A stretch of DNA of 62,050 nt from Patescibacteria group bacterium (GCA_038063195.1 JBBTVO010000011.1:1-62050), one strand, 5' to 3'. Shown: positions 1-10,162, counted from the stretch's first letter. Made by a program: numbers and translations. Notes: generated from the letters alone by a model not told the origin.

Positions 1-88
1 TGTTTTGGCAGGATAGAATATTTTATAAAAGATACGGAAAATTTCGTAAACTGCTCAAGAAGAATCTCTCCAGCTCCAAATCCGTAGA

Positions 89-1228
89 TTATTTAATAAA
101 TCCAAGTGCTTTCAATCGCTTGGTAAGATAAATCCTAAGCTGTTGTTCATCGCCGATTTTGTATAGATTTGATAAATTTCCTCTTCGGTATTGATGCACT
201 GAAACAGGACAGTCATCTGAGATGATATTCCTAGCTCTTAGTATCCTGTTTCCTCCCACCTTCCTTCCGGCAATTTCAAAAATAAGTTTTTCAAGAGGAG
301 CATAATTCCCGCTCGTAAACAACTCTCCCGCCCTAACGTCTCTTGTGTTTTTCTTTCCAAAACTCACCACAGGATTTATCCGAAGCGGATCAAGTTCTTT
401 CGCTTTTTGTATGGCTTCTATTGCTCTTTTCTTGTCTGTTGCACAAATTACGTAATAATTATATTCAACCTCTCTACCTCTTTTTCTATCCTGGTAGACG
501 TGAGGAACAACCCCAGCAGGAATCTCCAGCTCTTTAATTACTTTATAAATTGCTGGAACTTTATCTATTCTAAAATACAATCCTGCTTCACGTGCTATCG
601 CAGAAATAAATATAATTGACGAATTTTCTCCTGAGGATAAAACTTCTATTGTACTCTGGGTAGTTATAGAATCAAGTAGTCTTTGTTTTTCTTCATCTGA
701 GATATCTGGATTTTCTAGTTCCCCAAACTTCTCACGAATTTTCTCTTTTAATGGAACATTCATTCTTCTTCTCGCAAATACTTGTCTCGCAGCACTAATC
801 TGTTCCCCGCTATAAACTTCTCTTAATTGATCGTAGGCTTGTCCTTCCTGTACTGAGTTAGCAATTTTCAGATTTACTTCCTTGTTTTTGGAATTATTAA
901 TTTTTCCCTCAAATCCAGCTGGTTTTCGAAAGTCAAACGATCCAAGCGGATGCTCGGTTTGAACTTCTGGGCTTTGAGCTTGGTGAATATTTTCAATGCT
1001 TTCGCTTACAATTTGCCGTACGCGCTCCCTGGTCAAATCATAATCGCTCCCTACTCTATCCAGAGTTTTATCTAGTCCGGCAAACTTACCTAACATCTCC
1101 CAATCTCTTGGATTTTTCAGAGAAGATTTATAAGTATCTTTTCTGGATAAAGGAATGGAGCTTACTCTTTCATCACTTACAAACGCTATTAAATTATCAA
1201 AGCTTTTGCCTGTCTCTTTTCCTGCCAT
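89..1228 (-). CDS. hypothetical protein with sigma-70 region-4-like helix-turn-helix
   Basis: 379-aa ORF. Segment LTRERVRQIVSESIENI resembles a sigma-70 region-4 HTH. The rest is unrecognised. Confidence 0.5.
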   Translation of the reverse strand: MAGKETGKSFDNLIAFVSDERVSSIPLSRKDTYKSSLKNPRDWEMLGKFAGLDKTLDRVGSDYDLTRERVRQIVSESIENIHQAQSPEVQTEHPLGSFDFRKPAGFEGKINNSKNKEVNLKIANSVQEGQAYDQLREVYSGEQISAARQVFARRRMNVPLKEKIREKFGELENPDISDEEKQRLLDSITTQSTIEVLSSGENSSIIFISAIAREAGLYFRIDKVPAIYKVIKELEIPAGVVPHVYQDRKRGREVEYNYYVICATDKKRAIEAIQKAKELDPLRINPVVSFGKKNTRDVRAGELFTSGNYAPLEKLIFEIAGRKVGGNRILRARNIISDDCPVSVHQYRRGNLSNLYKIGDEQQLRIYLTKRLKALGFIK

Positions 1229-1293
1229 AATCGGGAATTATAGCAAAAAAACCCTATAGTAGCAAGGTAAGAGACACTACTTTTATTTAGCAT

Positions 1294-1491
1294 CTATTTG
1301 CTCATCATTGCTTTTTTGGCCCAGCCCACCAAAATTAAGATAACTCCTCCTGCAATCCAAGCCATATATTCCGGCCACGACAAATTCTCAATAAGATATG
1401 TTCCTATTCCGTAAACTACTGCAATTACTCCAGCTGTCTCAAGCAGCTTTCCTTTTCCTCCGTGCATTTTTTCATCTACCATTTTCATCAC
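1294..1491 (-). CDS. small membrane protein, unknown function
   Basis: 65-aa ORF with two hydrophobic helices (AGVIAVVYGIGTYLI, IAGGVILILVGWA), co-oriented with the neighbouring rpe gene. Confidence 0.4.
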   Translation of the reverse strand: MMKMVDEKMHGGKGKLLETAGVIAVVYGIGTYLIENLSWPEYMAWIAGGVILILVGWAKKAMMSK

Positions 1492-1497
1492 CTCCTT

Positions 1498-2127
1498 TTA
1501 TGAAACTTTATTCAAAAGCTCTTTGTATCTTTCTTCCGGATCTCCTTCAAAGATATGTGAAGTTGCGACAAATCTTGATGCTCCCGCATTCTTAGCTTTG
1601 ATAATTGTTTCCGGATTTATCCCACCATCTACTTGGATCGGAATAAATGATTTGATTATATTCTCTAGCTTCTTAAGGACATTTTCATCAAATTTTTGCC
1701 CCGACTCCCCAGCTTTTACCGTCATAAGAAATAATAAGTCCAGATCTTCAACTGGGACCTCAATTTTTTCAACTGGAGTAGGACTGTCAACCGCAAGTCC
1801 TACTTCTCCCAAAAGCTCACCCTGAACGACAAACTCTACTTGGTCCGACATTTTTTCTATTTGTCCTATAAATCTTACGAAGCCTGCATCGGCAAAGCTC
1901 TTCAGATAATTTATAGGTTCCTCGACCATCATATGAACTTCAAATTCAATTTCTCCGCTGTATTTTTTAAAAGGCGCTGGATCCATAAAAGTCGTGTGCG
2001 GGGCGAATTTTCCGTCGATAAGATCTATGTGGATTTTATTAGTAAAAGCTTTAACTATCTCGATCTTTTTCTCAATTTCTTCCCAAGTTTCTTCAAGAAT
2101 TCCGGGGATAATAATATTACTTGCCAT
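1498..2127 (-). CDS. rpe: ribulose-phosphate 3-epimerase
   Basis: 209 aa. Motifs IHIDLIDGKFAP, HMMV and QVDGGIN are typical of Rpe TIM-barrel enzymes. Overlaps the rpiB stop. Confidence 0.85.
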   Translation of the reverse strand: MASNIIIPGILEETWEEIEKKIEIVKAFTNKIHIDLIDGKFAPHTTFMDPAPFKKYSGEIEFEVHMMVEEPINYLKSFADAGFVRFIGQIEKMSDQVEFVVQGELLGEVGLAVDSPTPVEKIEVPVEDLDLLFLMTVKAGESGQKFDENVLKKLENIIKSFIPIQVDGGINPETIIKAKNAGASRFVATSHIFEGDPEERYKELLNKVS

Positions 2128-2620
2128 TTTCGATTTGCTTAAGCTTGCTCAATCTTCTAATGTGTCTCTCGTCATTTGAAAAAGGCGTTTCAAGCCACAT
2201 CTCAACAACTTTCATCACATCTTCTTCTTTTAAAAATCTTGCTCCAAGAGAAAGCATATTTGCATCATTGTGCTCTCTTGTAAGTCTTGCAATTTCAAGC
2301 GGATCCGCACTCGTCCGTCCGGTCACGTCCGCAGGAAAAACCGGAACTGCAGGGGAATAAAAAAGTGCACAGCGGACATTAGAGAATTTATTTGCAACCA
2401 TTGCTTCTGCTTGTCCTGAACCACCAAGTACGATCCCCCGAGCTTGCGGATCTGTAGAAACTCCCTCTGCCGCCTTACCTATAAAATCAGGGTAATCGTC
2501 ATCTTTATTGAATTCATACGCTCCGCAATCTTCAACTTCATATCCTTTATCTTGCAAGTAATTCTTGATCTTTTCCTTTAATTCAAAACCTGCGTGGTCC
2601 GTTCCCAAAAATATTTTCAT
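2117..2620 (-). CDS. rpiB: ribose-5-phosphate isomerase B
   Basis: 167 aa. N-terminus MKIFLGTDHAGFELKEKIKNYL and the GGSGQAEAMVANK segment are characteristic of RpiB/LacAB. Confidence 0.9.
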   Translation of the reverse strand: MKIFLGTDHAGFELKEKIKNYLQDKGYEVEDCGAYEFNKDDDYPDFIGKAAEGVSTDPQARGIVLGGSGQAEAMVANKFSNVRCALFYSPAVPVFPADVTGRTSADPLEIARLTREHNDANMLSLGARFLKEEDVMKVVEMWLETPFSNDERHIRRLSKLKQIENGK

Positions 2621-3504
2621 ACAATTGCCTTGCCTGCTGAGCCAAACACATCAATTTTTTCCTCAACTACTCTTTGGACTGCCTCGATAATCGGCGGTTC
2701 TAATTTTACCACCGCATATTCGTCAGGATGTTCATGGAGCTGCTTTTCAAGTTCTGTACGATAAGCAAAACGCATATCTGAATTTATATTAACCTTACTT
2801 ACGCCAACCTTAATTGCATCAACAAAATATTGTGCAGGAGTATCGCTTCCGCCATGTAAGCTAATCGCGCATGATACAGCTTGCCGAATTAATTTTAACA
2901 ATTCTATATCGAGCTTTTTTGGTACAGGATATTTTCCGTGAAGATTTCCTATAGCAGCTGCAAAAGTATCTATCCCCGTAGCATCAACAAAAGCCCTAGC
3001 CCCTTCCGGAGTACTAAAAGTTTTTTTAATTTCCTCGTAGTCAATTTCTTCTTTATGAACATTTGAGCTTCCTCCAAAATAATGAGGTTCACTTTCGACC
3101 AAAGCTCCTGTTTTCTTAGCGTACTCCATTACTTGCCGGGTGGCATCGACTATTTCCTGATCAGTTGCATCTTTTTTTGCCTGAGAAAGATCGATGTGTA
3201 TAAACTCAAATCCTGCATCAATTCCTTTCTTAGCATTCTCAACTGAAGGAGAATGGTCGAGATTAAGATACATTTCAACACCGTACTCCTGCTTATAATT
3301 ATCCACTAAATCACGCGCATTCGACAGTCCAATCGCATCCACTTCTGCCTGACTTAACTCCACAAGAACCGGGCTTTTCTTAGCCTTTGCTGCGCGGGCT
3401 ATTGCAATCAGAGTTTCCTGATTATCTATATTAAATGCTCCTACTGCAAACTTCTCTTTTTTTGTCCTTTCCCAGAGTTCACGTGCTTTCTGCTGATTCG
3501 TCAT
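2617..3504 (-). CDS. fba: class II fructose-bisphosphate aldolase family protein
   Basis: 295 aa. FAVGAFNIDNQETL, LNLDHS and LHGGSD motifs of class II (metal-dependent) FBA/tagatose-bisphosphate aldolases. Confidence 0.8.
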   Translation of the reverse strand: MTNQQKARELWERTKKEKFAVGAFNIDNQETLIAIARAAKAKKSPVLVELSQAEVDAIGLSNARDLVDNYKQEYGVEMYLNLDHSPSVENAKKGIDAGFEFIHIDLSQAKKDATDQEIVDATRQVMEYAKKTGALVESEPHYFGGSSNVHKEEIDYEEIKKTFSTPEGARAFVDATGIDTFAAAIGNLHGKYPVPKKLDIELLKLIRQAVSCAISLHGGSDTPAQYFVDAIKVGVSKVNINSDMRFAYRTELEKQLHEHPDEYAVVKLEPPIIEAVQRVVEEKIDVFGSAGKAIV

Positions 3505-4487
3505 ATTGTTGCTACGGGTTGATTATGAATATTGGATGTACTCTCAATATTTTCTTTTCTCAAAAGTCCTGCTGTTGCGCCTACTTGCCCAACTACTGAG
3601 GCGGCGTTTTCACTTCCCCAATTCATCGCGGTGTCGTAATCTTTTCCCATAATAAGGGCAGATAAAAATCCGGAAGCAAATGCGTCTCCTGCGCCGGTTC
3701 TTTCTATAATTTCAACCGTACGCGGCTCTTTAAAATATAATTTCCCCGACTCATCAATCATACTTGCACCTTTGCCGCCGTCTGTAATAACAACTTTCTT
3801 AGGTCCCCTGTTCTTTACCTGCGAAAGCAAATGAGGAATAAGGCTTCCTTCATTTGATACTTCAATTCCGCAAATAAGACACGCTTCTTCTTTATTCAAG
3901 AAAACAATCTCAGAAGATGAAAGTATTTCTCTTAATGCATCTGCTCCATCCGAGAGTTGATTTGTTCCCGGATTGAAAGCGAGCTTGATGTTATTATTCT
4001 TAACAAATTCAACTGTTTTTCTGTACGCATCGTGCCATTTGTTTCCCATAGAAGTTAAATAAATCCACTTTGTAGAAATGTTTTCAAAAGAAAAATTATG
4101 TTCTCTTTCAAGGTGTTCTGTGAAAATGGTCCTTTCCCTCTGATAATTTATAATCACCGAGAAAGATGATGCAGACTGGGTCTTTTTGAGAAATTTTTCA
4201 GAAACTTTTTCGCTATTTAAAGTATTAATTATTTTATCTGCAAATTCATCTGAGCCAATTTCTGCTACGATTGCGCTTTTTAAGCCCATTCTTGAAATTC
4301 CAATACAAACATTTGCAGCATTTCCGCCTATCAGAATTGAGGCATTATCAACCGTCGCTTTGTCTCCTGATTTGATTCGCAATTCTTTTGTCTGTGGATC
4401 CAAGCGGAAGTGCTTATTGGCATCGTGGATTTGAAGAAAAATATCTACTTTGGCGTTTCCTACAACAATAACGTCAAACAAGTCCAT
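3501..4487 (-). CDS. PfkB-family carbohydrate kinase
   Basis: 328 aa. GGNAANV near the N-terminus and TGAGDAFASGFL near the C-terminus (ribokinase/PfkB signatures). First gene of the sugar-phosphate operon. Confidence 0.8.
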   Translation of the reverse strand: MDLFDVIVVGNAKVDIFLQIHDANKHFRLDPQTKELRIKSGDKATVDNASILIGGNAANVCIGISRMGLKSAIVAEIGSDEFADKIINTLNSEKVSEKFLKKTQSASSFSVIINYQRERTIFTEHLEREHNFSFENISTKWIYLTSMGNKWHDAYRKTVEFVKNNNIKLAFNPGTNQLSDGADALREILSSSEIVFLNKEEACLICGIEVSNEGSLIPHLLSQVKNRGPKKVVITDGGKGASMIDESGKLYFKEPRTVEIIERTGAGDAFASGFLSALIMGKDYDTAMNWGSENAASVVGQVGATAGLLRKENIESTSNIHNQPVATI

Positions 4488-4493
4488 AACTTA

Positions 4494-4522
4494 ATCCTAC
4501 ACAAAAGAATTTTGCGGGTCAA
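4494..4522 (-). promoter_or_regulatory. sigma-70-type promoter of the pfkB-fba-rpiB-rpe operon (TTGACC-17-TAGGAT)
   Basis: Minus strand reads TTGACC, a 17-nt spacer, TAGGAT, then 6 nt to the ATG. No Shine-Dalgarno sequence, so a leaderless mRNA is implied. Confidence 0.5.
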
Positions 4523-4545
4523 TTCCGATCCCGATTTAATCGGGA

Positions 4546-5142
4546 TTATTTACCTACTATAACAACAGCATCAGAAGAAGAACTTGAGGGCAAATCAGAA
4601 GTTGCAGATCCTATGGTATATTCCGAACTCAAATCTTTCTTAATAAGCGGCAGAAAATCACTTTCTGTACTTTTAACCTGGATCGTAATGTCTGAATAAT
4701 TGAAATTATCTGCATTTCCCGTAGAAACAACATCATATCCAAGGTTTTTTAGTATATCGGCTGCTTTACCGGCTACGCCACTCTCTCCGCTTCCGTTTTG
4801 AACAATAACTTTTAAGTCTTTCCTGTCAAGCCCAGTTACTTTGTCTACTGAATTTACAGACGTTTTTGGAGTAGGAGATGGCGTAGGCTTAGAAGTTGGG
4901 CTTGGAGTCACTTCTTCCGTGATAGTGGGAGCAGGAGTATCGGTTGGGATTATAAACTCCTCCGTTGGGGTCGGGGTAATTTCCGCATTCTCATTGGTCG
5001 TATTTGTGCCTAAAACTTTTGAACCTACATAAATAAGAAGGAGAATAAAAACTATTGCAAAAAATAAAAATACGAACCTTTTTCTTTTTTTCGAGGCAGT
5101 CTTGTTATCTAAAGACGGAGATGGAAATGGGTTTTCGTCCAT
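4546..5142 (-). CDS. membrane-anchored LytR_C (cell-envelope-related transcriptional-attenuator C-terminal) domain protein
   Basis: 198 aa. N-terminal TM helix, Pro/Thr-rich linker, C-terminal VIVQNGSGESGVAGKAADILKNLGYDV typical of the LytR_C domain. Confidence 0.7.
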   Translation of the reverse strand: MDENPFPSPSLDNKTASKKRKRFVFLFFAIVFILLLIYVGSKVLGTNTTNENAEITPTPTEEFIIPTDTPAPTITEEVTPSPTSKPTPSPTPKTSVNSVDKVTGLDRKDLKVIVQNGSGESGVAGKAADILKNLGYDVVSTGNADNFNYSDITIQVKSTESDFLPLIKKDLSSEYTIGSATSDLPSSSSSDAVVIVGK

Positions 5143-5211
5143 ATAATTTCTGCCTCATATTATCATATAAAACATCCTTTAGCAAGAGTTAATCTGCTAT
5201 AATAAATAAGC

Positions 5212-6912
5212 ATGAAGAGATTTTTTCTGCTGGTTTTAATTCCTGTTTTACTCATCCTAACTCTCTTTTACCAGGTCCCCAAAAGCTCATCCGATGAACT
5301 CGATGATATAACCAAGCAAATCCAGGATCTTACCAAGAATCTCAATGAATCACTCAAAGCAACTCAGCCTCTCGAATCAGAGCTCAATAACTTAAAAAAA
5401 CAGGTTGCAGGAATAAAAAGCAGAATTTCTTTTATAGAAGCTGACATTGAAAATAAAGAAAAAAGTATTAATGACAGCTATAAAAATCTTGAAAAGCAGG
5501 AAAAGATCTTAAATGAAACAGTAAGGGATTTTTATATAAAATCATACTACAATTCCCCGCTTTATATTTTCCTTTCCTCCTCCTCAGTCACTGATATTAC
5601 TAACATTCTTACTTACCAAAAAGTAGCAACTGATCAGGACAAAGCGATTATCACAAATATTGCTCTTTCGATTGTAGATTTAGAAACTAAAAAAACTCAG
5701 CTCGAGCGTGAAAGAGCACAGTTTGCCTCTATAAAAGCAGACCTTGATGTGCAATCGGATAAATTAGATAAAATAGTTTCAGGCGCAAAATCGTATCAGC
5801 AAACTTTATCAAGCCAAATAGCCCAGCTTTCTTCAAAACAGCAAAGTATATTAAGCCAAAGGCTTGGAAGTCTTGGTATTCCTCGATCTGCTGGAACATC
5901 CGTTCGGGGTTGTACTGATGATAGAGATATTGACCCGGGATTTTCACCAAGAATTGCATTTTTTTCCTATGGAGCTCCTCATAGAAATGGGTTAAATCAA
6001 TACGGAGCGTTCGCGCGAGCAAAAGAGGGCCAAGGCGAACAAAAAATACTTGAGGAATATTATCCGGGTAAAACCCTGAAGACAGATTACGACCAAAATA
6101 TTCAAATCAGAACAACCACAGGATGGTCTGGCGCAATTGAAGATTATGTTAAAAGAATATATGAAGTACCAAACTCTTGGGGCGATGAAGGTGGCATGGC
6201 GGCATTAAAGGCACAAGCTGTGGCAGCCCGTACATACGCCTTAAATGTAACTGGAAATGGCTCCAAACAAATATGCACATCCGAACAATGCCAAGTTTTT
6301 AAACCGGACCCAAAAGGAGGAAATTGGGATACTGCGGTTGAAGCGACCAGAGGATGGGTGCTAATGGATGGAGCCTCCCCTGCTTTCACTCAATATGCAT
6401 CGACTCATGGAGGGTACATCCAGAATTTAGGGAAATTTGACGGCAGAGTAGGTACGCCAACAAACTTTGCTGAATTAAACGAACGGGCATACGACAGAGA
6501 ATCCCCATGGTTTTACTGCGATTGGGGTGCGCGCCCTCAATATAACAAAACCGCATGGTTAAAATCGGATGAAGTGGCTGACATTGTAAACGTCCTTCTT
6601 CTTGTTCAAAAAGATTCAAGTATAAAAGAACATCTTTATCAAACTGACAAACCGAATCCTGCAGGAACAGACACATGGGACGAGGCAAGAGTGAAGCAAG
6701 AACTCCAAAACAGAGGAGGTAATCCCTTTAGCAGTGTTTCAAGCATAACAGTTAGCGCAGATTTTTCATCCGGAAAAACTTCGACTGTTTCTTTATCAGG
6801 TGACGCAGGAAGCGTAAGTTTTGCCGCATCTGATTTTAAAAATTATTTTAATATAAGAGCACCAGCAAATATACAAATTGTCGGACCTTTATTTAATATA
6901 GAAAAAAAATGA
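5212..6912 (+). CDS. SpoIID/LytB domain protein with N-terminal coiled coil
   Basis: 566 aa. Signal/TM segment, coiled-coil segment, then AALKAQAVAARTYAL and CTSEQCQVF motifs of SpoIID-type lytic transglycosylases. TGcTATAAT lies 8 nt upstream of the ATG. Confidence 0.8.
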   Translation: MKRFFLLVLIPVLLILTLFYQVPKSSSDELDDITKQIQDLTKNLNESLKATQPLESELNNLKKQVAGIKSRISFIEADIENKEKSINDSYKNLEKQEKILNETVRDFYIKSYYNSPLYIFLSSSSVTDITNILTYQKVATDQDKAIITNIALSIVDLETKKTQLERERAQFASIKADLDVQSDKLDKIVSGAKSYQQTLSSQIAQLSSKQQSILSQRLGSLGIPRSAGTSVRGCTDDRDIDPGFSPRIAFFSYGAPHRNGLNQYGAFARAKEGQGEQKILEEYYPGKTLKTDYDQNIQIRTTTGWSGAIEDYVKRIYEVPNSWGDEGGMAALKAQAVAARTYALNVTGNGSKQICTSEQCQVFKPDPKGGNWDTAVEATRGWVLMDGASPAFTQYASTHGGYIQNLGKFDGRVGTPTNFAELNERAYDRESPWFYCDWGARPQYNKTAWLKSDEVADIVNVLLLVQKDSSIKEHLYQTDKPNPAGTDTWDEARVKQELQNRGGNPFSSVSSITVSADFSSGKTSTVSLSGDAGSVSFAASDFKNYFNIRAPANIQIVGPLFNIEKK

Positions 6913-6957
6913 GCTCAGATTTTTTATTTTTAATATTTAATTTTTGATATTATCATC

Positions 6958-7680
6958 ATGCCTGATATATTTGTTTCAAAACATAAAACAATTTCTTCTA
7001 AGACAGAACATTCAGAAAAAACGCATCCTGAAAGTACAAATCTGACTGAGAAAAAAATTGAGCAGCTGGTTACTTCGGAGCTTAAACCTGAAAGCTCTGA
7101 GAAGCACATGGGAGTTTTCTCCGCTTATTGCGTTGATCCGGCCGGTGTTTCTTTTGCCGATCAGGAGAAAGACGAGAAGATACTTTTATTTCTTAGAAGG
7201 CATTTTATAACCAATCTTGATTGGATAATCATAGCCATCCTCCTTTCCTTAGTTCCCTTAATTTTTAGTGTGGTAAATCTTTTTACCTCTGTGGACTTTA
7301 ATGTATTTTCACTTCTCAATATTCCCGCCCGCTTCATTACTTTTTTTCTTATTTTTTATTATTCCGCAATTTTTACTTTTATATTGGTAAACTCGGTAAG
7401 CTGGTTTTACAACATAGGACTTATAACAACAAAAAGAGTAGTCGATATAGACCTTGTAGAGCTTGTTTTTAAAAACATTGCCACAACACAGCATAGTCTA
7501 ATCCAGGACGTTAGTTATTCCCAAAATGGAGCGATCAGATCACTGTTTCACTTTGGAGATGTCATAGTTCAGACTGCAGGACAGGAAGGAAAATTTGAGC
7601 TTGAAGCAGTCCCGCATCCTGACAAAGTAGTCCATTTAATTGAGGATTTTATAGGCAAAAGACACAAAAATGAGCATTGA
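6958..7680 (+). CDS. membrane protein with bacterial PH-like (YdbT/bPH_2-like) C-terminal region
   Basis: 240 aa. Two TM helices followed by a compact domain. Assignment rests on architecture only. Confidence 0.45.
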   Translation: MPDIFVSKHKTISSKTEHSEKTHPESTNLTEKKIEQLVTSELKPESSEKHMGVFSAYCVDPAGVSFADQEKDEKILLFLRRHFITNLDWIIIAILLSLVPLIFSVVNLFTSVDFNVFSLLNIPARFITFFLIFYYSAIFTFILVNSVSWFYNIGLITTKRVVDIDLVELVFKNIATTQHSLIQDVSYSQNGAIRSLFHFGDVIVQTAGQEGKFELEAVPHPDKVVHLIEDFIGKRHKNEH

Positions 7681-7900
7681 AATATTCAATAATATCCTAA
7701 GCTCCTTTATAATCTTTAAAATTGGACTTTTGGTTCTTATTTTTTTTCACGCTGTTTTTCTTTTTATTGTGTTTACTCAAATAAATTCAATGAACAGAAT
7801 AATAAGCCATGTTTATGCGTCATCACTTCTTAAGTTTATTTCAATTTTGAGCATTATTTTCTCTATTTCGCTTTTTCTTTTGGCAGTTGTTATACTGTAA
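7670..7900 (+). CDS. small membrane protein
   Basis: 76 aa with two hydrophobic helices. Start overlaps the stop of the upstream gene. Confidence 0.4.
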   Translation: MSIEIFNNILSSFIIFKIGLLVLIFFHAVFLFIVFTQINSMNRIISHVYASSLLKFISILSIIFSISLFLLAVVIL

Positions 7901-7904
7901 AAGT

Positions 7905-9641
7905 ATGCCGGATGGTGAAAATATCTCGGTTGCAAAAATTGCAGCAACTCCCACTGCCTCCTCGTGGTCGCAGGCTTACAACGCAGGAAAGCTTTTTGCG
8001 GTAATATCTTTATCGAAAGAGGCTTCAGAAGAAGATGGGAAAGATTTTCTAAATATACTTGGCAAAGACGTAATAGAAACGCTCGAGCAGGAATTTTTTG
8101 GTCTTGAAACCAAAGACCTAACTTCTATAAAGAAGGCTTTTGAGGAAGCTTCGAAAAAAATCCCCGAAGAAGTTGAAGCTTCATTCTTAGCATCTTCAAT
8201 TGTAAAAGACATAATCTACGTATTTCATAAAGGAGAGGCACGGGTCAGTCTTAAAAGAGGCGGTGAATTTGGAGTATTAATTGATTCAAAAGAAGAAATA
8301 GGTGCATCTTCCGGGATGATAAAAAATGATGATATCTTAATTCTTCAAACCCAACAATTCAAAGAACTTGTACCTTCCAGTGTTTTGACTAAAGCTCTTG
8401 ACCAGGAATCTCCAAGTGATGTCGCAGAAGCCTTGGCTCCCTTAATTCACCGTGAGGAAAAGGGAGGAGCAGCTGCAATTATTCTTCAATATAAAGCAAA
8501 GCAGGAGGAGGCAGTTCCGCAAACCATGGATGAAAAAGAAATGGAAGATGAGAAACAAGAAAGTTCTTCCGCAAGTAAATTTAATTTACCCGCATTTATT
8601 GCAAAATTAAGCTCACTAATAAAAGTTCCAAGTCTGAAAAAGATTAGTCACTCGCGGAAACTAATACTTACAATCATCATCATAATTGCGGCTCTTTTCC
8701 TTGTAATAGTTGTGCTTTCGGTAAAAAATCAGAATGAAGCAAAAAATAAAGCTTTCTTTGAAAGCATTTATAAACCGTCAGTTGAAAAGTTTAAAGAAGG
8801 AGAAAGCTTGCTTACACTTAACAAGAATCTTGCGAGGGATAATTTCTCAGAGGCTTACAAAATTCTAAATGAAAATAGAGATAAGTTTCCGAAAAATTCA
8901 AAAGAAGAGAAACAAATTCTTGAACTTTTAGAAAAAACACAAAAAGCACTTGGGGAAAGTTCTGGAGTGAGTAAAATTGAGGCAAAAGAAGAAAAAGAAG
9001 ACGCGAGTCCACTATTGCAAACTGTAAACAAAACAAACACGAACTATATATCGCAAGACGACAAAAATATTTATTTTATAAAAAAGGGCGTAGTATCTCA
9101 CGACAAGGGAAATAATAAAGAAAAAACGATAATAGAGGAGGAAGATTTACCCACGTCTATCGGAGGGCTTTCGGGATATAACGGAAATGTTTACGTACTG
9201 GATAAGGAAGAAAACCAAATTTATAAATTCGCAGGTGCAGATTATTCAAAGTCCAATTACTTCAAATCTCCGCCGGATCTGTCAAGTGCAAAAACAATTG
9301 CGATTGACGGATCTATCTGGATTCTTCTTAATGGGAGTATAGAGAAATTCACGAAAGGAATTTCAGATAACTTTAATATTACAAGGCTTGATAATCCTCT
9401 GTCTGCTCCAACAAGGATTTTTACAGATGCAAATACTGACAATGTGTATATTCTTGATAACGGCAATTCAAGGATCGTGGTTCTAAATAAAAGCGGCGAA
9501 TATCAGGCACAATACCAAACAGATATTCTAAAAAATGCAAAAGATTTTGAAGTAAAAGAAAAAGACCTGCCTGCCGGCAGGCAGGGCGAAATCATTTATA
9601 TTTTATCCGGCGGAAAAATATATTCTATTAAACTTCAGTAA
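7905..9641 (+). CDS. membrane protein: PP2C/SpoIIE-like N-terminal domain, TM helix, C-terminal NHL-like beta-propeller repeats
   Basis: The ATG at 7905 is preferred over the TTG at 7887 because the upstream ORF ends at 7900. The N-terminal ~200 aa resemble PP2C-like phosphatases weakly. TM segment LILTIIIIIAALFLVIVVL. Repeats such as NVYVLDKEENQIYKF and NVYILDNGNSRIVVLNKSGEY. Confidence 0.55.
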   Translation: MPDGENISVAKIAATPTASSWSQAYNAGKLFAVISLSKEASEEDGKDFLNILGKDVIETLEQEFFGLETKDLTSIKKAFEEASKKIPEEVEASFLASSIVKDIIYVFHKGEARVSLKRGGEFGVLIDSKEEIGASSGMIKNDDILILQTQQFKELVPSSVLTKALDQESPSDVAEALAPLIHREEKGGAAAIILQYKAKQEEAVPQTMDEKEMEDEKQESSSASKFNLPAFIAKLSSLIKVPSLKKISHSRKLILTIIIIIAALFLVIVVLSVKNQNEAKNKAFFESIYKPSVEKFKEGESLLTLNKNLARDNFSEAYKILNENRDKFPKNSKEEKQILELLEKTQKALGESSGVSKIEAKEEKEDASPLLQTVNKTNTNYISQDDKNIYFIKKGVVSHDKGNNKEKTIIEEEDLPTSIGGLSGYNGNVYVLDKEENQIYKFAGADYSKSNYFKSPPDLSSAKTIAIDGSIWILLNGSIEKFTKGISDNFNITRLDNPLSAPTRIFTDANTDNVYILDNGNSRIVVLNKSGEYQAQYQTDILKNAKDFEVKEKDLPAGRQGEIIYILSGGKIYSIKLQ

Positions 9642-9677
9642 TTTTACTTTTGAGCCTCTTTCCACTATCATTAAAGC

Positions 9678-10109
9678 GTGAAAATAACCAATAAGAAGGC
9701 ATTTTTAAATTACCAGATTATTGAGAAAATTGAGGCGGGAATAAATCTTTTGGGCTCCGAAGTCAAGGCTGTGCGACAAGGCATGGCTGATCTATCGGGA
9801 AGTTTTGCAAAAGTAATCGGAAGCGAAATTTATCTTATAAATGCGAAAATTTTTCCATACAAATATGCAAGACCCGAAGGCTATGATGAGAAAAGAACCA
9901 GAAAGCTTCTTCTTCACAGAAGTGAAATTATAGCCATAAAATCGCGTATTGATGGCGCCAATCTTTCGGTCATTCCTCTTTCAATGTATACAACCAAAGC
10001 TTTCATAAAGGTGGAGCTTGGGCTTGGAAAAGGTAAAAAAGAATATCAAAAAAAAGAAGCAAAAAAGAAAAAAGATATACAGCGCTCCATCGAACAAGAA
10101 CTCTCCTAG
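9678..10109 (+). CDS. smpB: SsrA-binding protein SmpB
   Basis: 143 aa, GTG start. NKKAFLNYQIIEKIEAGINLLGSEVKAVR and the basic C-terminal tail are typical of SmpB. Confidence 0.9.
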   Translation: MKITNKKAFLNYQIIEKIEAGINLLGSEVKAVRQGMADLSGSFAKVIGSEIYLINAKIFPYKYARPEGYDEKRTRKLLLHRSEIIAIKSRIDGANLSVIPLSMYTTKAFIKVELGLGKGKKEYQKKEAKKKKDIQRSIEQELS

Positions 10110-10158
10110 CTTTCCTTTAAGGAATTTGGAAGTTATCGCAAGGGGCTATTGAAGCAAG
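10105..10158. repeat. degenerate copy of the cassette-junction motif (3' side of a minus-strand cassette gene)
   Basis: cctagctttcctttaaggaatttggaagttatcgcaagg...attgaagcaagattatta aligns with the junction copies at 11390-11457, 12759-12811 and 13300-13365. Overlaps the smpB stop codon. Confidence 0.6.
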
Positions 10159-10162
10159 ATTA

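Noticed and set aside
4528-4546. Palindrome atcccgatttaatcgggat after the LytR_C gene, considered as a member of the in-frame GC-palindrome family
   Set aside because: It is intergenic apart from a 1-nt overlap with the stop codon, AT-richer, and immediately followed by the pfkB-operon -35 element. It is most simply a terminator or insulator hairpin between two transcription units.
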